Positions 9,570 to 22,500 of a stretch of 49,744 nt of DNA are shown one piece after another (position 1 is the first letter of the stretch; every line of letters begins with the position of its first letter). The translations under genes and the position numbers were made by a program. This DNA is from an uncultured Gammaproteobacteria bacterium (GTDB taxonomy: Bacteria; Patescibacteriota; Patescibacteriia; Magasanikbacterales; UBA922): positions 1-49,744 of the forward strand of contig CAYGHM010000004.1 in NCBI GenBank assembly GCA_964349825.1, given 5' to 3'. The notes under the pieces are model-generated. The model was not told the origin of the DNA and made no database searches. It saw only the letters and a program-made list of their open reading frames with translations.

Positions 9570-11078
9570 ATGGGCTTTAGAAATATATTTTCATCATTCC
9601 GGAGCGAGGGCGCTCAGCCAGATCCTTCGGAGTTGTCCAATAGTGACGCACAGAAAAGTCCCGATCAAGTAGGGGCTGTGCATTCCTTGTCTGAAACTGA
9701 GCCCTACTCGGATTTTAGCGCTCGCATGGATCAAGTTTCTATTCCGGAAGATCCCATAGAACTTGCCCATAATACAGATGAGCTTTCTGGTCAGGTAGAT
9801 CAATTTCAAGATAGTCTTGATTCAGATAGCCATAAGAAGGGTGCTTTTGGTCGATGGGGATCCAAAAAAGGTGGCTCTGTGGGGTTTATTTCAAAATTAT
9901 TTTCTCGAGATAAAAAGAAAATAGAACCACAGCCGTCTTTGTCTGATGCATCCGCAGAAAATGTGGATGATTTGGTGTATCCAACAGAATCTGATGAGGC
10001 GACTTTAGGAGAACAAACAGAAGATAAAGATAATGAAGATGATAGAGAGGAACGTTCGGAAAGAAATACCTATCTTCACGATGGCGATGATGTTTTTATT
10101 GTCACAGAAGAAAACATAAAGGAATTACGCAATCTTGCAGCATTTGATACAGCTGGCTCTTATGACAAAAAAGAAGAACAGAAATTTCTTACATGGCTGA
10201 AAAAAAGAGAAAAATCGTCTGGTTTATCTAAAATGATGAAAGATCATTATGGATATTTGAAACAAACACTCATTGAAAACAATAAAAAAATAGATGCAGA
10301 ATATCAGCAATTAGAATCGCAGTCAACGCCTGATTGTAGCATCTATAAAAATTATGACCAGATGTTTAGTCTGGTGTATAGTGATCCAAACCAGCCAAAA
10401 GGATTTTCTGAAAAGATGTTTACCAGTTGGACAGAGGCAAAGCAGGCATTCTTAATGAGAAAAGAAGAAAAAAAGAGACAGCAAGAAGAGGATCAGAGGG
10501 AGTTATCGATACTCCAAGGTCAAAATACCGATGAGGTGTCTATTCATTTCAGTGGTGATCAGTATCAAGTGGTATGTCCGAATGATTTAGAGGGTGGGGC
10601 ATTATTTGAATTCATATTTAATGGCTTTGGAGCAGCAAAAGAATTTTTTCAAGAACAGCGAGCAAAACATTCGATTGCCCGGAAACCCTTAGTGGATAAT
10701 ACATCGTTACATAGCCTTCTTTTTCCTACGGCAGCTGAGGTGCGTTCTCAAGAACCAGCACCTTTGCCACCAATACAAAGTGGATTTTCATCGCGTGGTG
10801 GTGGAGAACGCGGTCCGCGAGGGGCAGATCAAGAGATTGCAGATGTGAAAGCAGATTTTTTGCCTAATTTTTTGATTAAGAAAACAGGTATTGATCTCTT
10901 TGAAGTGGTGAGTCCTACTCATTACGATAACCATTCAAAATCTTTTGTTGGTGGAGGAAACACAAAAAAGTTTACTGATGTTCTGGAAGCAAAAAGATAT
11001 TTTTTAAAAGAAAAGCAGCGACTTATTGATTTAGGGCTGTCGTTTAATAAAAAAGATCCGTTTGATTTTGCGGCGTAA
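9570..11078 (+). CDS. Acidic/charged low-complexity protein with three repeats of a roughly 40-aa motif (502 aa); large partner, copy 1
   Basis: Long uninterrupted ORF 7 nt after the small gene. Repeats: FSLVYSDPNQ..FTSWTEAKQAFL, YQVVCPNDLE..FGAAKEFF, FEVVSPTHYD..FTDVLEAKRYFL. Confidence 0.6.
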   Translation: MGFRNIFSSFRSEGAQPDPSELSNSDAQKSPDQVGAVHSLSETEPYSDFSARMDQVSIPEDPIELAHNTDELSGQVDQFQDSLDSDSHKKGAFGRWGSKKGGSVGFISKLFSRDKKKIEPQPSLSDASAENVDDLVYPTESDEATLGEQTEDKDNEDDREERSERNTYLHDGDDVFIVTEENIKELRNLAAFDTAGSYDKKEEQKFLTWLKKREKSSGLSKMMKDHYGYLKQTLIENNKKIDAEYQQLESQSTPDCSIYKNYDQMFSLVYSDPNQPKGFSEKMFTSWTEAKQAFLMRKEEKKRQQEEDQRELSILQGQNTDEVSIHFSGDQYQVVCPNDLEGGALFEFIFNGFGAAKEFFQEQRAKHSIARKPLVDNTSLHSLLFPTAAEVRSQEPAPLPPIQSGFSSRGGGERGPRGADQEIADVKADFLPNFLIKKTGIDLFEVVSPTHYDNHSKSFVGGGNTKKFTDVLEAKRYFLKEKQRLIDLGLSFNKKDPFDFAA

Positions 11079-11112
11079 TTATTGAATATAATATACGAAG
11101 TTTTTATATACT

Positions 11113-11328
11113 ATGTCTCAGGTAACGCTGGCAAAAGATGAACAGAAAATCGTCCATGCTTTATTAGCTGATCCAAAAAAACGATATCAGTTGCTTGTGT
11201 TATTGGAACGAGAATTGGATCAATTTGGGGAATGGCAATTAAGAGAGAAAAAGAAAACTGGTCACATGCAGGAGGATGATAAAAAAATATCATTTTTGCG
11301 ACGACTTATTTCCCGATTTAATTCATAA
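11113..11328 (+). CDS. Small helical protein, copy 2 of the duplicated module (71 aa)
   Basis: Paralog of 9354..9563 (see the motifs there). Confidence 0.6.
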   Translation: MSQVTLAKDEQKIVHALLADPKKRYQLLVLLERELDQFGEWQLREKKKTGHMQEDDKKISFLRRLISRFNS

Positions 11329-11337
11329 TAAAGAAAT

Positions 11338-14540
<3,203 letters not shown>

Positions 14541-14560
14541 TAATAAAAACAGAAATATCT

Positions 14561-14630
14561 AATGCCTAATGTCTAATGCCTAATGAGAAATACTGATATT
14601 TCATTAGATATTTGACATTAGGCATTTTTA
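14561..14630 (+). terminator. Compound hairpin/terminator after eno, built from CTAATG(C) units
   Basis: AATGCCTAATGTC (14561-73) pairs perfectly with GACATTAGGCATT (14614-26), followed by TTTT. An inner stem is CTAATGA/TCATTAG. Direct repeat TAATGCCTAATG occurs twice. Confidence 0.6.
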
Positions 14631-14851
14631 ATTTAGTGTCTAAATGATTGACAAAACAAACTATTTGTGTTATGTTTTTTTATCAATCTACTACACATGT
14701 TTCTTGTTTTCTTTCTTTATTTTATATCAGAATACAGAGAGAAGATCGGAAATCCTTCTGACTTCGTTTCTTTCCTACTTGGTGAATCAACTACGTGTCC
14801 GAAAGGTTCGGATCCGTTATTGTCTACCGGTGGGCGAGAGGAGTATGTATC

Positions 14852-15421
14852 ATGGCAGATACTGATGTGAGGATCGAACAGCTCTTCAAATTGGACGACG
14901 AAATTCGTGCCGGTCGCATCGACCGGGCGATCTTGCATCAATTTCTGGAACGTCCTCAGGCCTTCAACCACAACGTCGGTCGCTGGGGTCGTATCTGGCC
15001 CGTGACCATCGATGGCAACTTGAGCGTCGAGAAGCATATCGATCTCGGCAACTACGGTTGGAAGAACCCCGAAGCTACGGCTGATCATTTCCCTTACCTC
15101 CGTAGTGGCCACACCAAAGTCAACGTCGAGCTCGCTGAGTTCGATGACACGGTCACCGGTCCCGAGGCGGAGGAGTGGCTGGACAATAACGGCTACAAGC
15201 TCGAGGATTCCGACGCTTTGTTGAACTTCGGGAGTGATTACCCTATCGAGCAGCGTCGTCGTCCGATCGTCTGTATTGGGAAGAACTCTCGCTGGCTGGG
15301 CCCGGGCCGCCTCAGGTACGTGCTGTGCCTCGACAACGGCCTCTTGGGCCGTGGCCTGTGTATGTGCAGCTTCGGAAATCGGTTCGCCCTATGCTGCCGG
15401 TTCCTCGTTTCCCCTAAGTAA
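14852..15421 (+). CDS. Hypothetical cytoplasmic protein encoded on a GC-rich island (189 aa from ATG 14852)
   Basis: ORF 14795..15421. The chosen start is ATG 14852 because GAGAGGAG sits about 8 nt upstream. GC is about 55-60% in sampled lines, against about 40% for neighbours. No family recognised. Confidence 0.5.
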   Translation: MADTDVRIEQLFKLDDEIRAGRIDRAILHQFLERPQAFNHNVGRWGRIWPVTIDGNLSVEKHIDLGNYGWKNPEATADHFPYLRSGHTKVNVELAEFDDTVTGPEAEEWLDNNGYKLEDSDALLNFGSDYPIEQRRRPIVCIGKNSRWLGPGRLRYVLCLDNGLLGRGLCMCSFGNRFALCCRFLVSPK

Positions 15422-15596
15422 GTCCTCGGACTCTTGGACGCTTTGCCCGCCGACGTGGGCGGGCTTGGGCTCCTGGTCCTTGGACTTCCCGACCCTCACA
15501 TACAAAAGCTTCGGCTGGAGTATGTGGGGGTCGTGTTCGTTATAAAGGGTTTTGCGGATTGAATTACTGCTTCACATCACGTATACTGTGGATATT

Positions 15597-17159
15597 ATGA
15601 AAAAAGATTTGTTACATCAGCCTCCCATCGTTTTAGTTATCCTCGATGGTTTTGGTCTCGCTGATCCAAAACTTCCTGGTAATGTTATTACTCCGAAAAC
15701 CGCTCCGGCTATTTTTTCCTATATGAAGAAATATCCTTCGACAAAACTCGCGGCACATGGCAAAGCGGTGGGGTTATTTCCTGGCCAAGAAGGAAATTCT
15801 GAGGCAGGACATTTAACCATTGGCGCTGGCCGAGTAGTAAAACAGGATTTAGTGATTATTTCGGAGGCAATTAAAAATGGAACATTTTTTAAAAACGAAT
15901 CATTTCATCAAGCAATTGAACATACCAAAAAACACAAAAGCCGTCTGCATGTGATGGGTCTTCTCACCAATGGTCAAAGTGCCCATGCCAATCACGACCA
16001 TCTGTATGCCGTATTGGAGTATGCGCGTCGACACCAGGTGTCCCAAGTATTTATCCATTTATTTACTGATGGACGTGATGCCTCTCCTCATGGTGCTATT
16101 TCTTTTTTACGCCAATTAAGAAAACATATGACGCCGGGGCAGGAGATTGCATCGGTAACAGGACGTTTTTATGCGATGGATCGGAGTAAAACATGGGAAA
16201 GAACAGAGCGGGCATACAATGCATTGGTCTCGGGAAAAGGATCTTGTGCGGTGAGCGCAGAAGATGCGATTGATCAGGCGTATAATTGTGGTCATACAGA
16301 TGAATATATAGAGCCGACTATTATCATGAATGGCAAAAAACCCGTTGCGACGATAGGAGATAATGATGCGATTATTTTTTTCAATGCCAGAAGCGACCGA
16401 GCTCGTCAAATTACAAAAGCCTTTGTTCAGCATGATTTTACCAAACATAATCCAGGCGCATTCCGAAGAAAAAAAACATTGAAACAGCTTTGTTTTGTCG
16501 CTATGACTGATTTTGGTCCAGATCTTTCAGATATTCTGACTGCTTTTCCCAGTCCAGATATTTATAATTGTCTGGCAAAAGCGGTAGGAGAAAATCGTAA
16601 GCAATTATATATATCAGAAATGGAAAAATATGCCCATGTCACTTTTTTCATTAATGGCGGATATCCGGAACCAATTAACGGAGAAAAGCGAGAAGTGATA
16701 CAATCAATCAAAGAATATACCTATGTGAAACGTCCACAAATGAGTGCGCGTGAAGTCACAAAACGTATTCTTTGTTATTTGAAACATGACGAATATAATT
16801 TTATTGTGGTCAATTATCCGAATGCCGACATGTTGGGTCATACAGGTAATATGGCCGCGGCAAAAAAGGCGATTACTATCCTAGATCAAGAAGTGAAAAA
16901 AATTGTTGATATTGTTATAAAAAATAAGGGAACGGTGATTATTACTTCAGATCATGGGAATGCGGAAGATATGCAAGACCTGAAGACGGGGGAAATTATA
17001 ACCGAACATAGTATCAATCCCGTACCGTTTATTATCGTGTCAAAAAATAAGCTAGGACGAGCCCTTAAAAAGGGTGGACTTGCCGACATAACCCCTACCG
17101 TGTTAAAAATAATGGGGCTTCAGAAGCCAAAAGAAATGACTGGAAAGGCATTGTTTTAA
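15597..17159 (+). CDS. gpmI: 2,3-bisphosphoglycerate-independent phosphoglycerate mutase, copy 1
   Basis: ILDGFG, catalytic-Ser motif GNSEAGH, DGRD, RFYAMDRSKTW, FNARSDRARQ, EKYAHVTFFINGG, ADMLGHTG and SDHGNAE. Start moved to ATG 15597 (MKKDLL), 9 nt after a TATACT box. Confidence 0.9.
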   Translation: MKKDLLHQPPIVLVILDGFGLADPKLPGNVITPKTAPAIFSYMKKYPSTKLAAHGKAVGLFPGQEGNSEAGHLTIGAGRVVKQDLVIISEAIKNGTFFKNESFHQAIEHTKKHKSRLHVMGLLTNGQSAHANHDHLYAVLEYARRHQVSQVFIHLFTDGRDASPHGAISFLRQLRKHMTPGQEIASVTGRFYAMDRSKTWERTERAYNALVSGKGSCAVSAEDAIDQAYNCGHTDEYIEPTIIMNGKKPVATIGDNDAIIFFNARSDRARQITKAFVQHDFTKHNPGAFRRKKTLKQLCFVAMTDFGPDLSDILTAFPSPDIYNCLAKAVGENRKQLYISEMEKYAHVTFFINGGYPEPINGEKREVIQSIKEYTYVKRPQMSAREVTKRILCYLKHDEYNFIVVNYPNADMLGHTGNMAAAKKAITILDQEVKKIVDIVIKNKGTVIITSDHGNAEDMQDLKTGEIITEHSINPVPFIIVSKNKLGRALKKGGLADITPTVLKIMGLQKPKEMTGKALF

Positions 17160-17238
17160 ACAATTTGTTGAATTTACCCTGTTTTTCTTTGATATATTTG
17201 CACTATTTTATTATCCTGTTAATCTACCACTACGCTCT

Positions 17239-18819
17239 ATGGCCAAGAGACCAAAACCAGTAGTACTGGCAATCCTTGACGGGTGGGGAATCGCGCCTGC
17301 CACCGATGGAAATGCTATCACTCGTGCTGAAACACCAAACTTTAAGCGGTTTATTGCAGAATATCCTGTTATGACCCTGTATGCTTCTGGAAATGAAGTT
17401 GGGTTATCTTATGGAGAAATGGGAAATTCTGAAGTGGGACATCTCAATATCGGAGCCGGTCGAGTTTATTATCAAACATTGCCTCGCATCAATAAAGAAA
17501 TTCAGGATAAAACATTTCTAAAGAATGAGGCATTTTTGAAAGCAATTGAACATGTTGATGACCATGATTCCGCATTGCATCTCATTGGTTTGGTAAGCCC
17601 AGGAAATGTTCATGCAAGTCAGGAGCATCTCTGGACCCTGCTTGAATTAGCTAAGAAACAAAAAGTAAAACAGGTATTTGTCCATGCCATTATTGATGGG
17701 CGCGATGTTGGATATAATACGGCAAAAGATTTTATCGTTTTGCTTCAAAATAAAATGAAGGAATTAAAGGTAGGAAAAATTGCTACCGTATCGGGACGAT
17801 ACTATGCTATGGACCGCGATAATCGCTGGGATCGAGTTGAAAAAGCTTACCGTGCTATGGTAGATGGTGTCGCTGATGAATATTTTACTGATCCTATTGA
17901 AGCGATTGACGCGTCCTATGCAAAAAAAGTGTATGACGAAGAATTTATTCCTGTTGTTATTGGCAAAAAAGGTGAGCCTGTCGGGCATGTCCAGGCAGAT
18001 GACGCATGTATTTTCTTTAATTTCCGTCCTGATCGTTCTCGTCAATTAACACAAGCGTTTGTCTTGCCAAGTTTCTCAAAATTTGATCGGGCATATCTCA
18101 AAGATCTCATGTTTGTTACGATGACAGAATATGAAAAAGAAATTCCCGTGACCGTCGCATATTCGCCTGTGGTGATTCAGAATTGTCTTGCAGAAGTATT
18201 GAGCAAAGAAGGTCTTTCGCAGTTTCATATTGCTGAGACAGAAAAATATGCTCATGTCACGTTCTTTTTAAATGGAACAATCGAAGATCCATTTCCAAAA
18301 GAAGATAGAAAAATTATTCCATCGCCCAAGGTTGCTTCCTATGACAAGGCACCAGAAATGTCGACTGCGGGGATAGCAAAAGAAATAATCAAAGTTATCG
18401 AAGCAGAGGAATATGATGTTATTTTGTTTAACTTCGCGAATGCGGACATGGTTGGACATACGGGAAATTTGAATGCAACGATAAAAGGTGTTGAGGCGGT
18501 TGATAAAGCGCTCGGTGAAATTGCTCAGCATGTGCTCGCAAAAGATGGTATGTTGTTTATCACCGCTGATCATGGAAATGGAGAAGAAGTGGTCAATTTA
18601 CAAACGGGTACCATGGATAAAGAACATAGTACAAATCCAGTTCCATTTATTGTTATGAGTAATGATTTAAAAGGAAAAGCAGGTCCTTCCGGAGATCCAC
18701 CAGAAGGTGATCTCAGTCTTCTACAACCGGTTGGTATGCTTGCTGATGTCGCACCGACCATGCTTAAACTGATGGGTGTCAAAAAGCCAAAGGATATGAC
18801 TGGCCGTGCGTTGATGTAA
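17239..18819 (+). CDS. gpmI: 2,3-bisphosphoglycerate-independent phosphoglycerate mutase, copy 2
   Basis: ILDGWG, MGNSEVGH, DGRD, RYYAMDRDNRW, FNFRPDRSRQ, EKYAHVTFFLNG, ADMVGHTG and ADHGNGE. Confidence 0.93.
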   Translation: MAKRPKPVVLAILDGWGIAPATDGNAITRAETPNFKRFIAEYPVMTLYASGNEVGLSYGEMGNSEVGHLNIGAGRVYYQTLPRINKEIQDKTFLKNEAFLKAIEHVDDHDSALHLIGLVSPGNVHASQEHLWTLLELAKKQKVKQVFVHAIIDGRDVGYNTAKDFIVLLQNKMKELKVGKIATVSGRYYAMDRDNRWDRVEKAYRAMVDGVADEYFTDPIEAIDASYAKKVYDEEFIPVVIGKKGEPVGHVQADDACIFFNFRPDRSRQLTQAFVLPSFSKFDRAYLKDLMFVTMTEYEKEIPVTVAYSPVVIQNCLAEVLSKEGLSQFHIAETEKYAHVTFFLNGTIEDPFPKEDRKIIPSPKVASYDKAPEMSTAGIAKEIIKVIEAEEYDVILFNFANADMVGHTGNLNATIKGVEAVDKALGEIAQHVLAKDGMLFITADHGNGEEVVNLQTGTMDKEHSTNPVPFIVMSNDLKGKAGPSGDPPEGDLSLLQPVGMLADVAPTMLKLMGVKKPKDMTGRALM

Positions 18820-18826
18820 TAGAACA

Positions 18827-18906
18827 TACGAATTACGAATCCCCGAAGACGGGGTACGAATAGCGAATTATAAAAAGAAAGTATATTTATATATTCGCAA
18901 TTCGCA
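18827..18906. repeat. Heptamer-unit (TACGAAT / ATTCGCA) hairpin array after gpmI copy 2; probable terminator region
   Basis: TACGAAT x2 in tandem (18827-40). GC hairpin CCCCG-AAGA-CGGGG (18841-54). TACGAATAGCGAAT (18855-68) pairs, with 2 mismatches, to ATTCGCAATTCGCA (18893-906). Confidence 0.55.
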
Positions 18907-18934
18907 TGTTATTTGATCTTAAATAAAAAAATCT

Positions 18935-19483
18935 ATGGAGGGAAAATATACCAAACTGGTTCGTGAGAACCGGGTTGAGCTTGGTGCACTTTTGTTTTTC
19001 GTTTGTTGTTTGATTGCGGCAGTGGCATTGTTTATATTTCTTTTACCAGCACCATCCGGTACGGCGTTTGCTGTACAAAAACGGAATGGTGCTTTTGTTA
19101 TTACACACCGTAAAGAAAAATATCAAACAACGTTACCTGATATTGTGACGGAACAGCCAGATCCGCAGACTTTGGATTTCTATTCCAAAGAGGGGAATTG
19201 CCGGTTGACTGTCGAAGAGAATACAAAACAAGGAGGTGAACAGCTTGATGCGTGGATACATACTGATGAAGAACAGTTGCAGCAATTTACGCTGATATAT
19301 CAAGACAAACAATTTTTTAATCCGGAACGTTCGCGTGTATTGTATCGTGTAGAAACCGTTGAAACAGGGAAAACAGATATCTATTATGAAGATAAAGGAA
19401 GTTATATTTTTGAAATGCGTATGTTTGGTGATGATTCTTCTTGCTATGAAACATTTGAAACATATATAAAAAATATTCAATAA
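18935..19483 (+). CDS. Hypothetical protein with an N-terminal TM anchor (182 aa)
   Basis: Hydrophobic helix LGALLFFVCCLIAAVALFIFLL, then a mixed beta-rich domain. No family recognised. Confidence 0.5.
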   Translation: MEGKYTKLVRENRVELGALLFFVCCLIAAVALFIFLLPAPSGTAFAVQKRNGAFVITHRKEKYQTTLPDIVTEQPDPQTLDFYSKEGNCRLTVEENTKQGGEQLDAWIHTDEEQLQQFTLIYQDKQFFNPERSRVLYRVETVETGKTDIYYEDKGSYIFEMRMFGDDSSCYETFETYIKNIQ

Positions 19484-19529
19484 GAAAATAAATAATATAT
19501 GAAATAATTAAGTATTTAATTTTGCCTAT

Positions 19530-22500
19530 ATGTTAAGGAGGGTTTTATTTTTAGTATGCTGTTCTTTTTGTTTTGTATTGCCGGCAACTGCCGCAGAATT
19601 ATTGCGATTACCATACGCGGCGGGAGAATCCATGCTGGTATCACGCGGATACGATACGCCCGCCACACATGTGAATAAAGATCGTTACGCATTAGATTTT
19701 GTTCAGGGTGGTTGTATAAGTTTTGGAAAAGAAGTTCGCGCGGTTCGCTCGGGCGTCGTGTCATTCGTGAATACAAAAGATACGTGGGGCGGGGGATATG
19801 GAAGGAATGTGATATTGGATCATGAAGACGGAACAATATCACGCTATGCCCATTTTAGTGCGTATGCAAACCAGATTGGAAAAGGCATGTTTATTTTGCG
19901 CGGACAAACTATTGGATATCAGGGAAACACGGGAAATGTTCTCGGTGCTGCGTGCAAAGAACATCCTGGTACACATCTTCATTTTTCTTTTTTGCAACAG
20001 GGTCAACCTATCAAACCAGAACCAATGTCGTTGTATGAACAGTTTGTTCCTGGAAATTGGTATCGATCGGATAATATTTATCCTGATTCAGGAGTGGACA
20101 ATATAATAAAACAAGATGTACCTTCATCTCAGATAATAAACAAGCCAGAAGAAAGTTGGATAATATCTTTATGGCGTGCAGTTACATCTTTTTTTCATAC
20201 GGATAGTAATCAAGAACAGGTAAAACAGGAACAGAATAATTCGGATCAAAAAGATGTACAGTTGAATCAAGTTATCTTGCCTGCAAAAGAAAATATCCAG
20301 CCTCTTTCTGTACAGGGAGCGTTTGAATTACAAGAAATTATCGTTGATGTTCCTGTTGGTGCGAAGGAAATATCTGTCCCTGTTCGAGTGCAAAATACGG
20401 GAAAGAGTACCTGGCCTTCATCGTCGATTTCATTAAATGTTGTTGGTGGAGAAAAGATAGCTCTACCGTTCCATCATTCAACATGGGCAACATATTTACG
20501 GCCGTCAGTGATTAAAGAAGAAGTAAAACCAAATACAGGAAATATTATTCCAGTCATGATTACCATTCCTGCAGATACACAATATAACGAAATACAATTT
20601 CAGTTAGTGTATTTTAATGAAAAACAATTTTCACGAATTGATACTGCATATGTAAAAATAAAACTTGTTCGAACATCGTCGGATGTAGTTATGTTACCTG
20701 AAGAAAAATTAAATGCACCTCAAGAAATAGCGGTGTCTCACACACCTTCCCTTGCGCCGGCATTATTGTATATACCGGAAGTAAAACCAAGTAATGTGCC
20801 TGTGTCATCGGGACCGAATATTCAGCTTGCCTATACATCAAATCCCGAGACACCATTGGTCGTTGCAATGGCACCTGATATTTTCTATTCGCAACCATAT
20901 GCCGATCCTGTGCCATTATATTTATCAACGTCTTCTGTTCAAACGGTTTCTTCCACACCGCTCGAAGTACATACGACTTCAACTATTTCTATTGAACAGG
21001 TGGTGGATATTACTACTTCCTCACCTCCAATTATAGAAGAAATAGGTATCCCTTCTATTGAGAATGGTACCGTGATAACGTTGCCATCATCAACACCAAA
21101 TACTTTTTCAACATCAACTGACATTGTTGTTACATCTTCTGAAAAAATATCACCAATTGTTGATACGGGACCGATGATAACCATTCCTCTTTATTGTGGA
21201 GGGATACCGGGAGCGAATATAGTTTCATCAACAGGATATCTCGATATTATTGAGGCGCAGTATCTTCGAACGAGTATGTTTGATGATAAAAATACTGTTT
21301 TGCTTACAGCAGAAAATGGACCATATGTTTTTGGGCCGGATACACGTATTCCAAAAGGAAAGATTTTACTTATACAAGAAGGAGTGGTTCTCATGGGTGT
21401 AGATAAAAATGCGATGTTTGAAGTAGAAGGGGAGATTCGTGCAGATGGATCAGAAAACAAGCCTATTCGCATGACGTCGGCCTGTGATGAAAAAGCTCAG
21501 CAACCCGGTGATTGGTCCTATATTCATATTGCGCCAGGAGGTGTGGGGACATTAAAACGTGTTCATATCACCTACGCGGGCAATCCGTTTACTCTATCCT
21601 ATGGGACACTTGCTTCATCGGATGTCGTTTCACGTGTGATATTCAATCAGGGCGGCACACTTCAACTTGATCAAGTAAAAATAGACAAAAGTTATGTGTT
21701 GACGACAAACGAACTGTTAAATGCATATGTATGGACAGAACATGCGAGTGATTTTTCTCCTACGACGGTAAGTGAATACAGTTCGTATTCAGATGGATTT
21801 GCTGCAATTCATTATGAAGGAAAAAATGATAATCAACGCATCACAGGAAAGATTATAGGAAATACATTTACACACTTTTCTTCATCGCGGGGACCATTGA
21901 GTTTCTATCGAGATATGCCATTTATGGGGAGTGTTTTTATGGAAAATAATGTAAATAATAGTATCTATCTTAGTGATGTACACATAATTGATTCAGTACA
22001 ATTGCAAAAAGATATAACGTATTTATTATCCGGCATAACAATAGAAAAAAATGCATCATTATATGTGCCAGCCGGTATTGTATTTCGTTTGCTCCCGGGC
22101 ACTGATATATTCGTTAATGGCGAATTGATTGTTGAGGGAACAGAAGAACATCCTGTTATTATTCAGGCGGATTCAACATTATGGGGAAGTATTATTTTTT
22201 CTGAGGCAAAAGGTAAAATGGTCGGTGTTGATATGTCTGGCGGTGGATTGAGCCTTAGTACTCCTCCAGGGCGTTCCCGGATGGTATATGTGGTAAATTC
22301 AACCGTGTCTGTCGATGATGCATATATCCATGATAGTCGAGTGCCTGGTGCATTGGTTGAGGCTGATCACTCTACGATGATTATTTCAAATAGCATATTT
22401 TCTTGGGCATCACGACCGATCGTTTCTTCGTGGATAACGTATGGAATATTTATGAATGATGGTGAAGTGTCATTGGATGATAATATATTTCATAATGTTG

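Noticed and set aside
14717-15545. Overlapping ORFs in GC island 1 (14717..15112 minus; 15234..15545 plus)
   Set aside because: High GC suppresses stop codons in all frames. Only 14852..15421 has a Shine-Dalgarno site and a sensible start. The others overlap it and lack start signals.
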